A DNA stretch of 64,000 nt from an uncultured Acidobacteriota bacterium (GTDB taxonomy: Bacteria > Acidobacteriota > JAQAZP01): NCBI GenBank assembly GCA_963836075.1, contig CAWIIB010000001.1:1312001-1376000 (forward strand), written 5' to 3'. Each line of letters begins with the position of its first letter. The stretch's first letter is position 1. Shown here one piece after another: positions 47,057 through 55,103 of this stretch. Made by a program: the position numbers and the translations under genes. The notes beneath the pieces are model-generated. The model did no database searches. It saw nothing but the letters and a program-made list of their open reading frames with translations, and was not told the DNA's origin.

Positions 47057-49066
47057 ATGAACGAGGCTGTCGACACATCCACCGGGTGGACCGTCCGGCT
47101 GGCCGTCCTGGCCCTGGCCGCAGCCATACTGGTTTCCGGACTGCTGGCCCTCTACCCGATCCACTCCTTCGACCTCTGGTGGCACCTGCGCACCGGGCAG
47201 CTGATCCTGGAGCAGGGCCATATCCCGCGGGTCGACCCGTTCACCTACACGGCCGAGGGCCGTCCCTGGGTGACCCACGAGTGGCTGGCCGAGATCCTCT
47301 TTTACCTGCTGCACCGGGCCGGGGGCGCGAACCTGCTGGTGATCTGCAAGGCCCTGCTCAGCGGGCTGACCCTGGCCCTGGCCGGCTGGGCCGGCCTGGT
47401 GGGCCACCGGGCACGGGAGCGTCTCCCGGCGGCGGCGCTGGGCATCCTGCTGGCCGCTCCCCTGCTGGCCATCCGTGCCTTTGTCCGGCCCCACCTGCTC
47501 ACCGCCCTGCTGCTGGCCGTCACCCTGCTGCTGCTGCGCAAGGAGTCGGCCACGGCGCGACCGGTCTGGCGCTGGGCCCTGCCGCCCCTCTTCCTGCTCT
47601 GGGCCAACCTGCACTCCGGTTTTCTGCTGGGGTTGGGGCTGGTGGTGCTCTACTGGGCCGGGGAGGCGATCTCCATCCGGATCGGTGCCGCCGCACCGGC
47701 TGCAACACCCTGCTGGCGGGGGCGCCTGCTGGCCCTGGGCGCTTCCCTGCTGGCCACCCTGGCCAACCCGCACCACGTGGAGGCCCTGCTCTACCCGGTG
47801 AGGCTGGTGATCGACCCGGTGGTGACGGGGATGATCGCCGAGCTGCAGTCCCCCCTTGACCCCCGGTTTCGCGGCGCGCTGTTTCTCTGGTTCCTGCTGC
47901 TGTCCGCCGTGGTGCTGGCCCTGCTGCTGCCCGGCCGGCTGCGCCGGCTGCAGTTCTCGCTGATTCTGCCCGGCGCGGTCTTTGCCGTGCTGGCCCTGCA
48001 GGCGGTGCGCAGTGTGAGCGAGCTGGCGGTGCTGATCCCGGCGCTGGTGGCGGCCCACGGTGAACGGCTGGGGACCAGGAGGGCCGTGGCCGCCGCAACG
48101 TCGGCGGTGGTGCTGCTGGGGGCCCTCGGTCTGGGTCTGCTGGCCACAGGCCCGGGCATTCCCATGGGAACCCGGGAGGATCCCCGCCGCACCGGACTGG
48201 GGATCCATCCGGTCAACCTTCCCCGGGCCGCGGTGGAATTCCTCAGCCGGACAGAACCACCGGGCCGGATCTTCAGCACCATGGGGTTCAGCTCCTGGCT
48301 GATCTACCGGCTCTGGCCCGAAAAAAGGGTCTATATCGACGGGAGGCTGGATGTCTTCCCGCCCGAGTTCCTCGAGGGATACGGAATGATGATGACCACG
48401 GGAGCGGGGTGGGATGAAGCGGTGGCGCGCTACGACATTCAACTGGCCCTGGTCAACTACCCCGACCAGGCGACCCCTGGCGGGAGCCTGCAGGGCCGGT
48501 TGCGTCAAGACCCCGACTGGGTCTGCGTCTACTTCAGTGACAACGCCCTGGTCTATGCCCGGCGTACACCGGGAAATGCGGAAATCATCGAACGCTACGG
48601 GATCGCCTTCGATCCCGGGCTGCGCACCAGGGCCTCACTGGCGGCCTTCACCGAGAGCGCCTCCCCGGCGCTCATTCAGCGCACCCTGGTCGTGCTGGAG
48701 CGGATCAGCGCGGTGGCCCCCGGGGAGGAGGCGCCGGTCCTGATCCGGGAACTGCTGCACAATCTGGCGGCGGGACGGGAGGGCGGGACCGGCCAGGTCA
48801 ACGCTCTGCTGGCCAGGGCCGACCAGGAACTTGCCGCCGGAGAGGTGGCGGCGGCCCTGGCCACCCTCGAACAGGCCGCCACCCTGGAACCCGGAAATTT
48901 CCTGGTTCAGCTGCGGCTGGGTGTGCTCCACGCCCGGGAGGGGCGGCTGGAGCAGGCCGAATCCTGTCTCAGACGCGCCGTGGAACTGCGTCCCGGTGAC
49001 GGCGCGGCGAGACAGAACCTGGAGCGTGTCCGGCGTATGCGGGACAGCGACCGGCAAACCGACTAG
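47057..49066 (+). CDS. Multi-TM GT-C-like membrane protein with C-terminal TPR
   Basis: DLWWHLRTG..DPFTY..HEWL, RPHL, LWANLHSG, YIDGRLDV, TPR tail. Confidence 0.78.
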   Translation: MNEAVDTSTGWTVRLAVLALAAAILVSGLLALYPIHSFDLWWHLRTGQLILEQGHIPRVDPFTYTAEGRPWVTHEWLAEILFYLLHRAGGANLLVICKALLSGLTLALAGWAGLVGHRARERLPAAALGILLAAPLLAIRAFVRPHLLTALLLAVTLLLLRKESATARPVWRWALPPLFLLWANLHSGFLLGLGLVVLYWAGEAISIRIGAAAPAATPCWRGRLLALGASLLATLANPHHVEALLYPVRLVIDPVVTGMIAELQSPLDPRFRGALFLWFLLLSAVVLALLLPGRLRRLQFSLILPGAVFAVLALQAVRSVSELAVLIPALVAAHGERLGTRRAVAAATSAVVLLGALGLGLLATGPGIPMGTREDPRRTGLGIHPVNLPRAAVEFLSRTEPPGRIFSTMGFSSWLIYRLWPEKRVYIDGRLDVFPPEFLEGYGMMMTTGAGWDEAVARYDIQLALVNYPDQATPGGSLQGRLRQDPDWVCVYFSDNALVYARRTPGNAEIIERYGIAFDPGLRTRASLAAFTESASPALIQRTLVVLERISAVAPGEEAPVLIRELLHNLAAGREGGTGQVNALLARADQELAAGEVAAALATLEQAATLEPGNFLVQLRLGVLHAREGRLEQAESCLRRAVELRPGDGAARQNLERVRRMRDSDRQTD

Positions 49067-50514
49067 GATCTGACGGGCACGGTCACCGGTTGGGATTCAC
49101 CGGCCGCGCCGGCCATCGCCGGGCCACGGTCACCCACACAGAGAGCCATCAGGTCGGCCGCCCGTTCCAGGTGCTCGAGGGAGAAGACCACCCCGCGCAG
49201 ACGCTCCCGGCCTGCCGTGCTGAGCAGCGGCGAGGAGAGCGCGTCGAACTTGGTGTCCAGGTCCTCCATGGTCATCGGGTCGCGGGGGTCGCCCTTGGGA
49301 ATGTCCACCCGCCGCTCGAGCAGACGGCCGTCGTTCAGTTCGATCTCCACCCGGCAGGGCTGGATCTCGGGGAAGAGCCTCTCGAACTCCTCGCTGGCCA
49401 GCACCTTGATCTTGGGCAACTGCTCCCGCAGCCGCGGGTCCATGATCTTCTCCTCGACGAACTCCTCCGGGGTCACCTTCCCCTCGGCCAGGGCCGCGGC
49501 GATGCAGTAGGGCAGCGAGTGGTCGGCCGCCTCCTTGGTCCGCGGGTCGTACTTGGCCGGGTCGCTGAGGATGTCGGCCGCCCGGGCGATGGTCTCGATG
49601 CGCACCTCCCGCACCTCCTCCGCCTTCAGGGAGTGCTCCTTGATCAGGTAGAGCGCGGCGGTGATCGGCGAGTGGGTCAGTGCCTCAGTGGGGAACGCCT
49701 TCATGCCGCAGTCGACGATCTTGAACCGCTCACCCAGCCCGCCGGTGAGTTTCTCCAGGTCCCAGTCCGGCCCGAGACAGTGAACCATCCCCTCCTTGCC
49801 GTCGATCACGTTTTCCGGACCGGTGTAGCCGTCCCGGGCCAGCAGCGCCGCTTCCACCCCGGCCCTGGTGGCCATGGGGTCCACGGTGTTCTTCATCATC
49901 GACAGCGTGCCGGCCACCGCGGCGCCGAGGGTGAAGTGGTGGCAGGCCGAGATCCCCAGTGCGTGGCGGGTCCGCTCGGCATCGAGGCCCAGCATCCGCG
50001 CAGCCACCAGCGGCGAGGCGTAGGCGGTGAGGCTGGCATGGTGCCAGCCCCGCTCGCGGATACCGGGGATCGCCGCTTCGCAGAGCCGCATCTCGATCTC
50101 GTGGCCCAGCACGATGCCGAGGATCAGCTCCCGTCCGGACAACCCCTGCGCCTCGCAGAGGCTCAGCGCCGCGGGGATGATGTCGCTGGGGTGCGAGGGG
50201 TCCTGCTTCCAGTAGATGTCGTTGTAATCCATGGCACGGATCATCAGCGCATTGAGGAAGGCGGCCTCCACGGCGTGGGTCTTCAGACCCGACCCGATCA
50301 CCGTGCACTCCTCGCGGCAGCCCTTGGCCACGGCCAGTTTCTCGGCGATCTGGTAGTCGGAACTGCGGGCGCCGCCAAAAGCGCAGCCCAGGGAGTCGTA
50401 GAGAAAATGCTTGGCGGCGTCCACAGCTTCCGGGGTCAAGTCTTCGTAACGCAGGCCCGAGGACCACTCGGACAGGGCGTGGCTTACATAACGGTTCATG
50501 ATCCGATCTTTCAC
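49063..50514 (-). CDS. MmgE/PrpD family protein (2-methylcitrate dehydratase-like)
   Basis: MDYND, HPSD, RGWHH, MKAFP, ADHSLPY, KGDP. Confidence 0.92.
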   Translation of the reverse strand: MKDRIMNRYVSHALSEWSSGLRYEDLTPEAVDAAKHFLYDSLGCAFGGARSSDYQIAEKLAVAKGCREECTVIGSGLKTHAVEAAFLNALMIRAMDYNDIYWKQDPSHPSDIIPAALSLCEAQGLSGRELILGIVLGHEIEMRLCEAAIPGIRERGWHHASLTAYASPLVAARMLGLDAERTRHALGISACHHFTLGAAVAGTLSMMKNTVDPMATRAGVEAALLARDGYTGPENVIDGKEGMVHCLGPDWDLEKLTGGLGERFKIVDCGMKAFPTEALTHSPITAALYLIKEHSLKAEEVREVRIETIARAADILSDPAKYDPRTKEAADHSLPYCIAAALAEGKVTPEEFVEEKIMDPRLREQLPKIKVLASEEFERLFPEIQPCRVEIELNDGRLLERRVDIPKGDPRDPMTMEDLDTKFDALSSPLLSTAGRERLRGVVFSLEHLERAADLMALCVGDRGPAMAGAAGESQPVTVPVRS

Positions 50515-50560
50515 TCCATGTGTTGTTTCAGCAAACTCAGCTGGAAAACAGAAATTTCTT

Positions 50561-52210
50561 CTATGTATTGATCCTGCAATAACAGGAAGCCTTGATCTCC
50601 AGGTCGGAGTCGGACCAGACCTGGCGGAACCTCTTGTCCGCCTCGGTGGCCTCGGCAGGGCGGCCGCTGCGGGCCAGGCATTCGGCCAGGCCGTGCAGCG
50701 ACCAGCCGTTCTCCGGGTGCAGGCGCAGGTCCTGGCGGTAGACCGCCTCAGCCTCCTCCACCCGCCCCTGCTCCAGTAGCAACGCCCCCAGGGCGTGCCG
50801 CACCGGCTCCATCCAGCCCCAGGGCTCGTCGTAGATCAGGGCGTCGTCGCGCCGCACGGCCTCACGCAGCAGGTCAAACGCCTGGTCGTAGTTCCCCCGG
50901 CGGTATTCCAGCTCGCCCTCGGCAAAGGGACGGGCCACTTCCAGCACCACCCGGGCGGTGTTGTTTCCGATCAAGTACTCCTCGGGCACCCGGCGGTAGG
51001 CCTTGTCGAACTTGCGCAGCTCGCGCTTCGATTTGCGTACCTCGCCGGTGGCGGCAAAAGCCACGCTGCGGGCGTAGTGCCAGAAGGCCGTGGTCACCGG
51101 AAGGTCCTTTGGCGGTGCCGGTTCGTCGATCAGTTCCTGCCACAGGCCGAAACGGATCATCACGTGCAGCGGCGTGGCCATGAACCCGTCGAGGAACTCG
51201 GGGTAGGCCCGCACCAGTTCCATGGGCACCTCCTGGACCAGTTCCCGGGCCGCGTTCATCGCCAGGCCTTTCTGCCCGGTGAACATGGCGGCGTAGGTCA
51301 GGAAGTGGTAGTTGTGGGCGCGGTACAGGGTGTAAAACCCGTCGTGCCCGGCCTGCCTCACATAACGCAGGTCCGACTCGATCCCCTGCTGGTTGGCGGT
51401 CACCGCCTTTTTGTAATGCCCCAGGCGGATGTCGATGTGGGACGGCATGTGGACCAGGTGCCCGGCACCGGGCACCAGATCGCGCAGGCGGTCGGCCGCA
51501 GCCTGAGCCCGGGCCGGATCTGGGGATGCCTCGCAGGTGTGGATGTAGAAGTGGTTGGCCCCGGGATGTTCAGGTGCCATGGCCAGCACCGTGTCCAGGG
51601 TCTGGAGGATCTCGGGGGTCTCGGGCCTCGGCTCCCCCTCAGTGGACCAGAGATCCCAGGGCCGGAGGTCCATCAGCGCCTCGGCGAAGAGGGATCCCAC
51701 GTCCGGGTCACCGGGATGCCGCTGCCAGACCTCGCGCATGGCGCCGGCGTACGCCTTGTCCAAAGTGGTTCGGTCGGCGGATGGCTGCTCCTCGTAGCGC
51801 TGGGACAGCGCCCCGACCAGGTCACGTTCCACCGCCGTGCCGGCGGCCGCTGTGGCCTGGGCCTTTTTCAGCGCCGTCCACGCCCGTTCCACAGCCGCGG
51901 CGTCCATCTCCATATTGTTGACGTGCGGGCCGCTGGCCAAGGCAATGCCCCACCAGGCCATGGCGCACTCCGGGTCCAGCCTGGCCGCCTCGCGGAACGA
52001 GGCGATGGCGGCCTCGTGGTTGAACCCCCAGCACATCACCAGCCCCTGGTCGAACCAGCGCTGGGCCTCCGCCGAACTGGTGGTCACCTCCCGGTGATAG
52101 CTGCCCAGGTCGTCAAACCGCGGAGCGGCCCCCACCGGACCGACAACACCGGACAGAAACGTAAAGCCAAGTATCCAAAACCGAACAGCCAGAACTCGTG
52201 GAGTCAACAT
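50561..52210 (-). CDS. Secreted TPR-repeat protein with His motifs
   Basis: AAGGAG RBS; AQRWFDQGL..GFNH, HPGANHFYIH, GHLVHMPSHI, YDEP, NGWSL.GL. Confidence 0.82.
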   Translation of the reverse strand: MLTPRVLAVRFWILGFTFLSGVVGPVGAAPRFDDLGSYHREVTTSSAEAQRWFDQGLVMCWGFNHEAAIASFREAARLDPECAMAWWGIALASGPHVNNMEMDAAAVERAWTALKKAQATAAAGTAVERDLVGALSQRYEEQPSADRTTLDKAYAGAMREVWQRHPGDPDVGSLFAEALMDLRPWDLWSTEGEPRPETPEILQTLDTVLAMAPEHPGANHFYIHTCEASPDPARAQAAADRLRDLVPGAGHLVHMPSHIDIRLGHYKKAVTANQQGIESDLRYVRQAGHDGFYTLYRAHNYHFLTYAAMFTGQKGLAMNAARELVQEVPMELVRAYPEFLDGFMATPLHVMIRFGLWQELIDEPAPPKDLPVTTAFWHYARSVAFAATGEVRKSKRELRKFDKAYRRVPEEYLIGNNTARVVLEVARPFAEGELEYRRGNYDQAFDLLREAVRRDDALIYDEPWGWMEPVRHALGALLLEQGRVEEAEAVYRQDLRLHPENGWSLHGLAECLARSGRPAEATEADKRFRQVWSDSDLEIKASCYCRINT

Positions 52211-52292
52211 AGTCTGCTCCTTTTGTATCGAGGCCCGCCGGGGACCCGGGTGCATTCAGGATCGACGCCGATGGCGTGCAACGCCCCTCCAT

Positions 52293-52317
52293 ATAGTAGA
52301 TAGTTTTTGTCGATTAT
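52293..52317. promoter_or_regulatory. 25-bp palindromic operator (IscR/Rrf2 type-1-like) within the TPR gene promoter
   Basis: Minus strand ATAATCGACAAAAACTATCTACTAT spanning TTGACA-18 bp-TACTAT. Confidence 0.6.
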
Positions 52318-52550
52318 GTCAATAGCCATACTCCGGCAAGGATTTTGCAGATTAAGTGATGGAAAGCGTTTGGCAACGGCCGCTTCCCAGGTGAAATCGG
52401 ATAGAGACCGCACTGCTGAACCTCCCCGGTATCAGGAATTACCTGCATTGAGATCTGACCGGTGGGCGGACAGCTGTCGATGAAAACCTTCCGCGGTCCG
52501 GACCGGGCGTTTTCAATCCTGTAATCGGCAGGACAAAATTGGTCAGAAAA

Positions 52551-53216
52551 ATGAGCCAGGCCGACGCCGAACAGACCATGGTGCCGCTCGGTCAGCAACC
52601 GGAAGTGAAAATTCTGGTTGTGGAAGACGACACCAGTGTGGCCACCGTACTTCAGACCCGACTGGAAAGCTTCGGCTACCGGATCTGCGGCGTGGTCAGC
52701 AGCGGGGCCGAAGCCATCGATGCGGCCTTTCGCCGCCACCCCGACCTGGTGCTGATGGATATTCTCCTCGAAGGGAGGATGAACGGCATCGAGGCGGCGC
52801 ACGAGATCAGCAGCCGCAGCGACGTGCCGATCATCTTCCTTTCCTGCCTGGGAGAACGAGACGTGATCGACAGCGCCATCCGGACCAACCCTTACGGCTA
52901 CATGGTCAAGCCCTACGATAACAACGAGCTCCGCTCGGCCATCGAGATCGCCCTGGTCCGGCACCGGGCGTCACGGGAGCAGGAGCGGCTCGTACAGCAG
53001 CTGGAGAAGACCTTGCTCGAGGTGAAGAAGTTGACCGGGCTGCTGCCCATCTGCGCCTCGTGCAAGAAGATTCGCGACGGCGAGGACCACTGGCATCAGA
53101 TCGAGGAGTATATTTCGGACCGCTCGGAAGTCGATTTCACCCACGGGCTCTGCCCGCAGTGCCTCCGCGAATACTACCCTGAGCTGTTCAACGGGCAGGA
53201 AGAGCGTTCTGATTGA
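52551..53216 (+). CDS. Response regulator (REC) with C-terminal CxxC..HGLCxxC module
   Basis: VVEDD, DLVLMD, YMVKP, LPICASCKKIRD..THGLCPQC. Confidence 0.9.
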   Translation: MSQADAEQTMVPLGQQPEVKILVVEDDTSVATVLQTRLESFGYRICGVVSSGAEAIDAAFRRHPDLVLMDILLEGRMNGIEAAHEISSRSDVPIIFLSCLGERDVIDSAIRTNPYGYMVKPYDNNELRSAIEIALVRHRASREQERLVQQLEKTLLEVKKLTGLLPICASCKKIRDGEDHWHQIEEYISDRSEVDFTHGLCPQCLREYYPELFNGQEERSD

Positions 53217-53235
53217 CCGGCGGTGACAAAGGAAA

Positions 53236-53259
53236 ACAGGCGCCCCGCGGGGCGCCTGT
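53236..53259 (-). terminator. Intrinsic terminator (perfect 24-bp palindrome)
   Basis: ACAGGCGCCCCGCGGGGCGCCTGT followed by TTTCCTTT on the minus strand. Confidence 0.7.
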
Positions 53260-53261
53260 CC

Positions 53262-53455
53262 ATCAAGGTGTGCTTGTAGGCCACCTTGTCGACGAAGGGG
53301 ATCAGGATGTGCAGGCCGGCCACCAGGGCGGCCTGGAACTTGCCCAGCCGTTCGACGATGAACGCCGACTTCTGGGGCACGATGCGGATGGTCCGGACAA
53401 AGATGATGAAGACCAGGAAGATGATTCCAATCAGAATGATTGTTCCCACGCCCAT
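53262..53455 (-). pseudogene. Truncated SPFH/band-7 (stomatin/QmcA-like) gene
   Basis: TM + IRIVPQKSAFIVERLGKF..L.AGLHILIPFVDKVAYKHTL, then homology is lost after about 64 aa; sits downstream of nfeD. Confidence 0.8.
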
Positions 53456-53477
53456 GACGAGTCCTCCTTCCATATGA

Positions 53478-53939
53478 TCAGTCGATCATGCGTACTTTCA
53501 GGGTCAGGTTACTCTTGCCCACCACTTCCATCTGGGCCCCCTCGGGGATCTCCTCCTCCGCCCCGGCGTCCCACTGGCTGCCGTTGAACTCCACCCGACC
53601 GGGCCTGTTGGGTTTGATCTCCCGGATCACCGTGGCCCGCCCGCCAGTGAAATCGTCCATTTTCTCGGCGGTGTTCTGTCTGAACCCCACATGGCCGATG
53701 AAAGTCTTGCTCAACCAGTGGCGCAGCGCCACCAACAACAGCGTGGAAGAGACGAGGAAAATCAGCAGCTGCACGTTGATCGAAATGTCAAAGAAGATGC
53801 AGAGCAGGGCCACGATGAAGGCGCCCACGCCAAAGAAAAAGATGATCAGCCCCGGGACGATGAACTCGAGGAGCAGCATCGCCAGCCCGGCGATGAACCA
53901 GATCAGTTCCGGTTTCAGCCAATCCTTCAGACTGTCCAT
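53478..53939 (-). CDS. NfeD-like (YbbJ) membrane protein
   Basis: WFIAG..LLEF..PG TM region, GRVEFNGSQWDA OB-fold. Confidence 0.88.
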   Translation of the reverse strand: MDSLKDWLKPELIWFIAGLAMLLLEFIVPGLIIFFFGVGAFIVALLCIFFDISINVQLLIFLVSSTLLLVALRHWLSKTFIGHVGFRQNTAEKMDDFTGGRATVIREIKPNRPGRVEFNGSQWDAGAEEEIPEGAQMEVVGKSNLTLKVRMID

Positions 53940-54233
53940 CTCTCGCTCCCTTCGCGATATCCGGGCCGCCCCTTTCGGCGCCCCGGTCGGTTTCTCGACT
54001 GTCCGATGAACCGGTTACCGTGTCTCTATTCAGGTTTACGCACCGGCGCACTGTCTATCCGCCCGGCCGGTTGATGGTGAAGAAATCTTTTGATGGGTCC
54101 GTGTAGCCAATCGTGCAGGGAGCATCAAGCACCGGGCGGTTTGCCTTTTCCACTCGCCCGGCTATCATTAATCAGTGACACTCATCAGTTGTGTTGACGG
54201 CAGGGCTTGAAAAATACTGAAGGAGCAGATTCA

Positions 54234-55103
54234 ATGACCGGCAGTGCGGACAACGTGCTCAGCGTGAAACTGGGCCAGTTCAAAGTGAGCCTGATCTGTG
54301 ACGGGCACTACCGTCTGGACGGCGGGGCGATGTTCGGCGTGGTGCCGAAACCGGTCTGGGCCAAACGGATGGAGGCCGACGAGCAGAACCGGATCAGAAT
54401 GGGCCTGAATGCCCTGCTGGTGCAGACCGGGCAGGAAAACATCCTCGTGGAAGCGGGGCTGGGAACCTTCTCCGACGAGAAGCTGCGGCAGCAGATCGCC
54501 CTGGAGCAGCCCTCCACCATCCTCGACGGCCTGGACACGCTGGGTGTGAGGCCGGAGGACATTCAGCACGTGGTGCTGACCCACCTCAACTTCGACCATG
54601 CCGGGCACTGCACCACCAGGGACGAGGACGGTCTGTTCCGTCCCACCTTCCCCGCGGCGCGCTACCATGTGCAGAAATCCGAGTATGACTTTGCCGTGGA
54701 CCCGCCGCGGCGGCTGCAGGCCTCGTACATCCCCCACTCGATCCTGCCGGTGATGGAAGCCGGACAGTGGGACCTGCTGGAAGGCGACGGAGCGATCACC
54801 CGCGGGGTGCGGGTCAGGCACACCGGCGGCCACACCGCCGGCCACCAGGCGGTCTACATCGAGAGCGAGGGAGAGGAACTTGTTTTCTGGGGTGACCTGA
54901 TGCCCACCAGCCGGCACATGGACCCCGGTTACGGCATGGCCTACGACCTTTACCCCATGGACACACTGCGGGTGCGGGCGGAGCTGGCTGAAGACGCCGT
55001 TACCCGCGGGCTGCTTTCGGCCTGGGTCCACGAGCCCGAACTGCGTTTCGGCCGGATCCGGCGTGGTGAGAAGTATTACGAGATCGAGACCGTCACCGGG
55101 TGA
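54234..55103 (+). CDS. MBL-fold metallo-hydrolase (YtnP-like)
   Basis: LDGGAMFGVVPK, THLNFDHAG, GGHTAGH, GDLMP, AYDLYP. Confidence 0.9.
   Translation: MTGSADNVLSVKLGQFKVSLICDGHYRLDGGAMFGVVPKPVWAKRMEADEQNRIRMGLNALLVQTGQENILVEAGLGTFSDEKLRQQIALEQPSTILDGLDTLGVRPEDIQHVVLTHLNFDHAGHCTTRDEDGLFRPTFPAARYHVQKSEYDFAVDPPRRLQASYIPHSILPVMEAGQWDLLEGDGAITRGVRVRHTGGHTAGHQAVYIESEGEELVFWGDLMPTSRHMDPGYGMAYDLYPMDTLRVRAELAEDAVTRGLLSAWVHEPELRFGRIRRGEKYYEIETVTG

Noticed and set aside
38367-49066. Two convergent gene pairs overlapping by CTAG (38367-38370 and 49063-49066)
   Set aside because: Shared-stop 4-bp overlaps are common for convergent genes; no evidence they are insertion target sites
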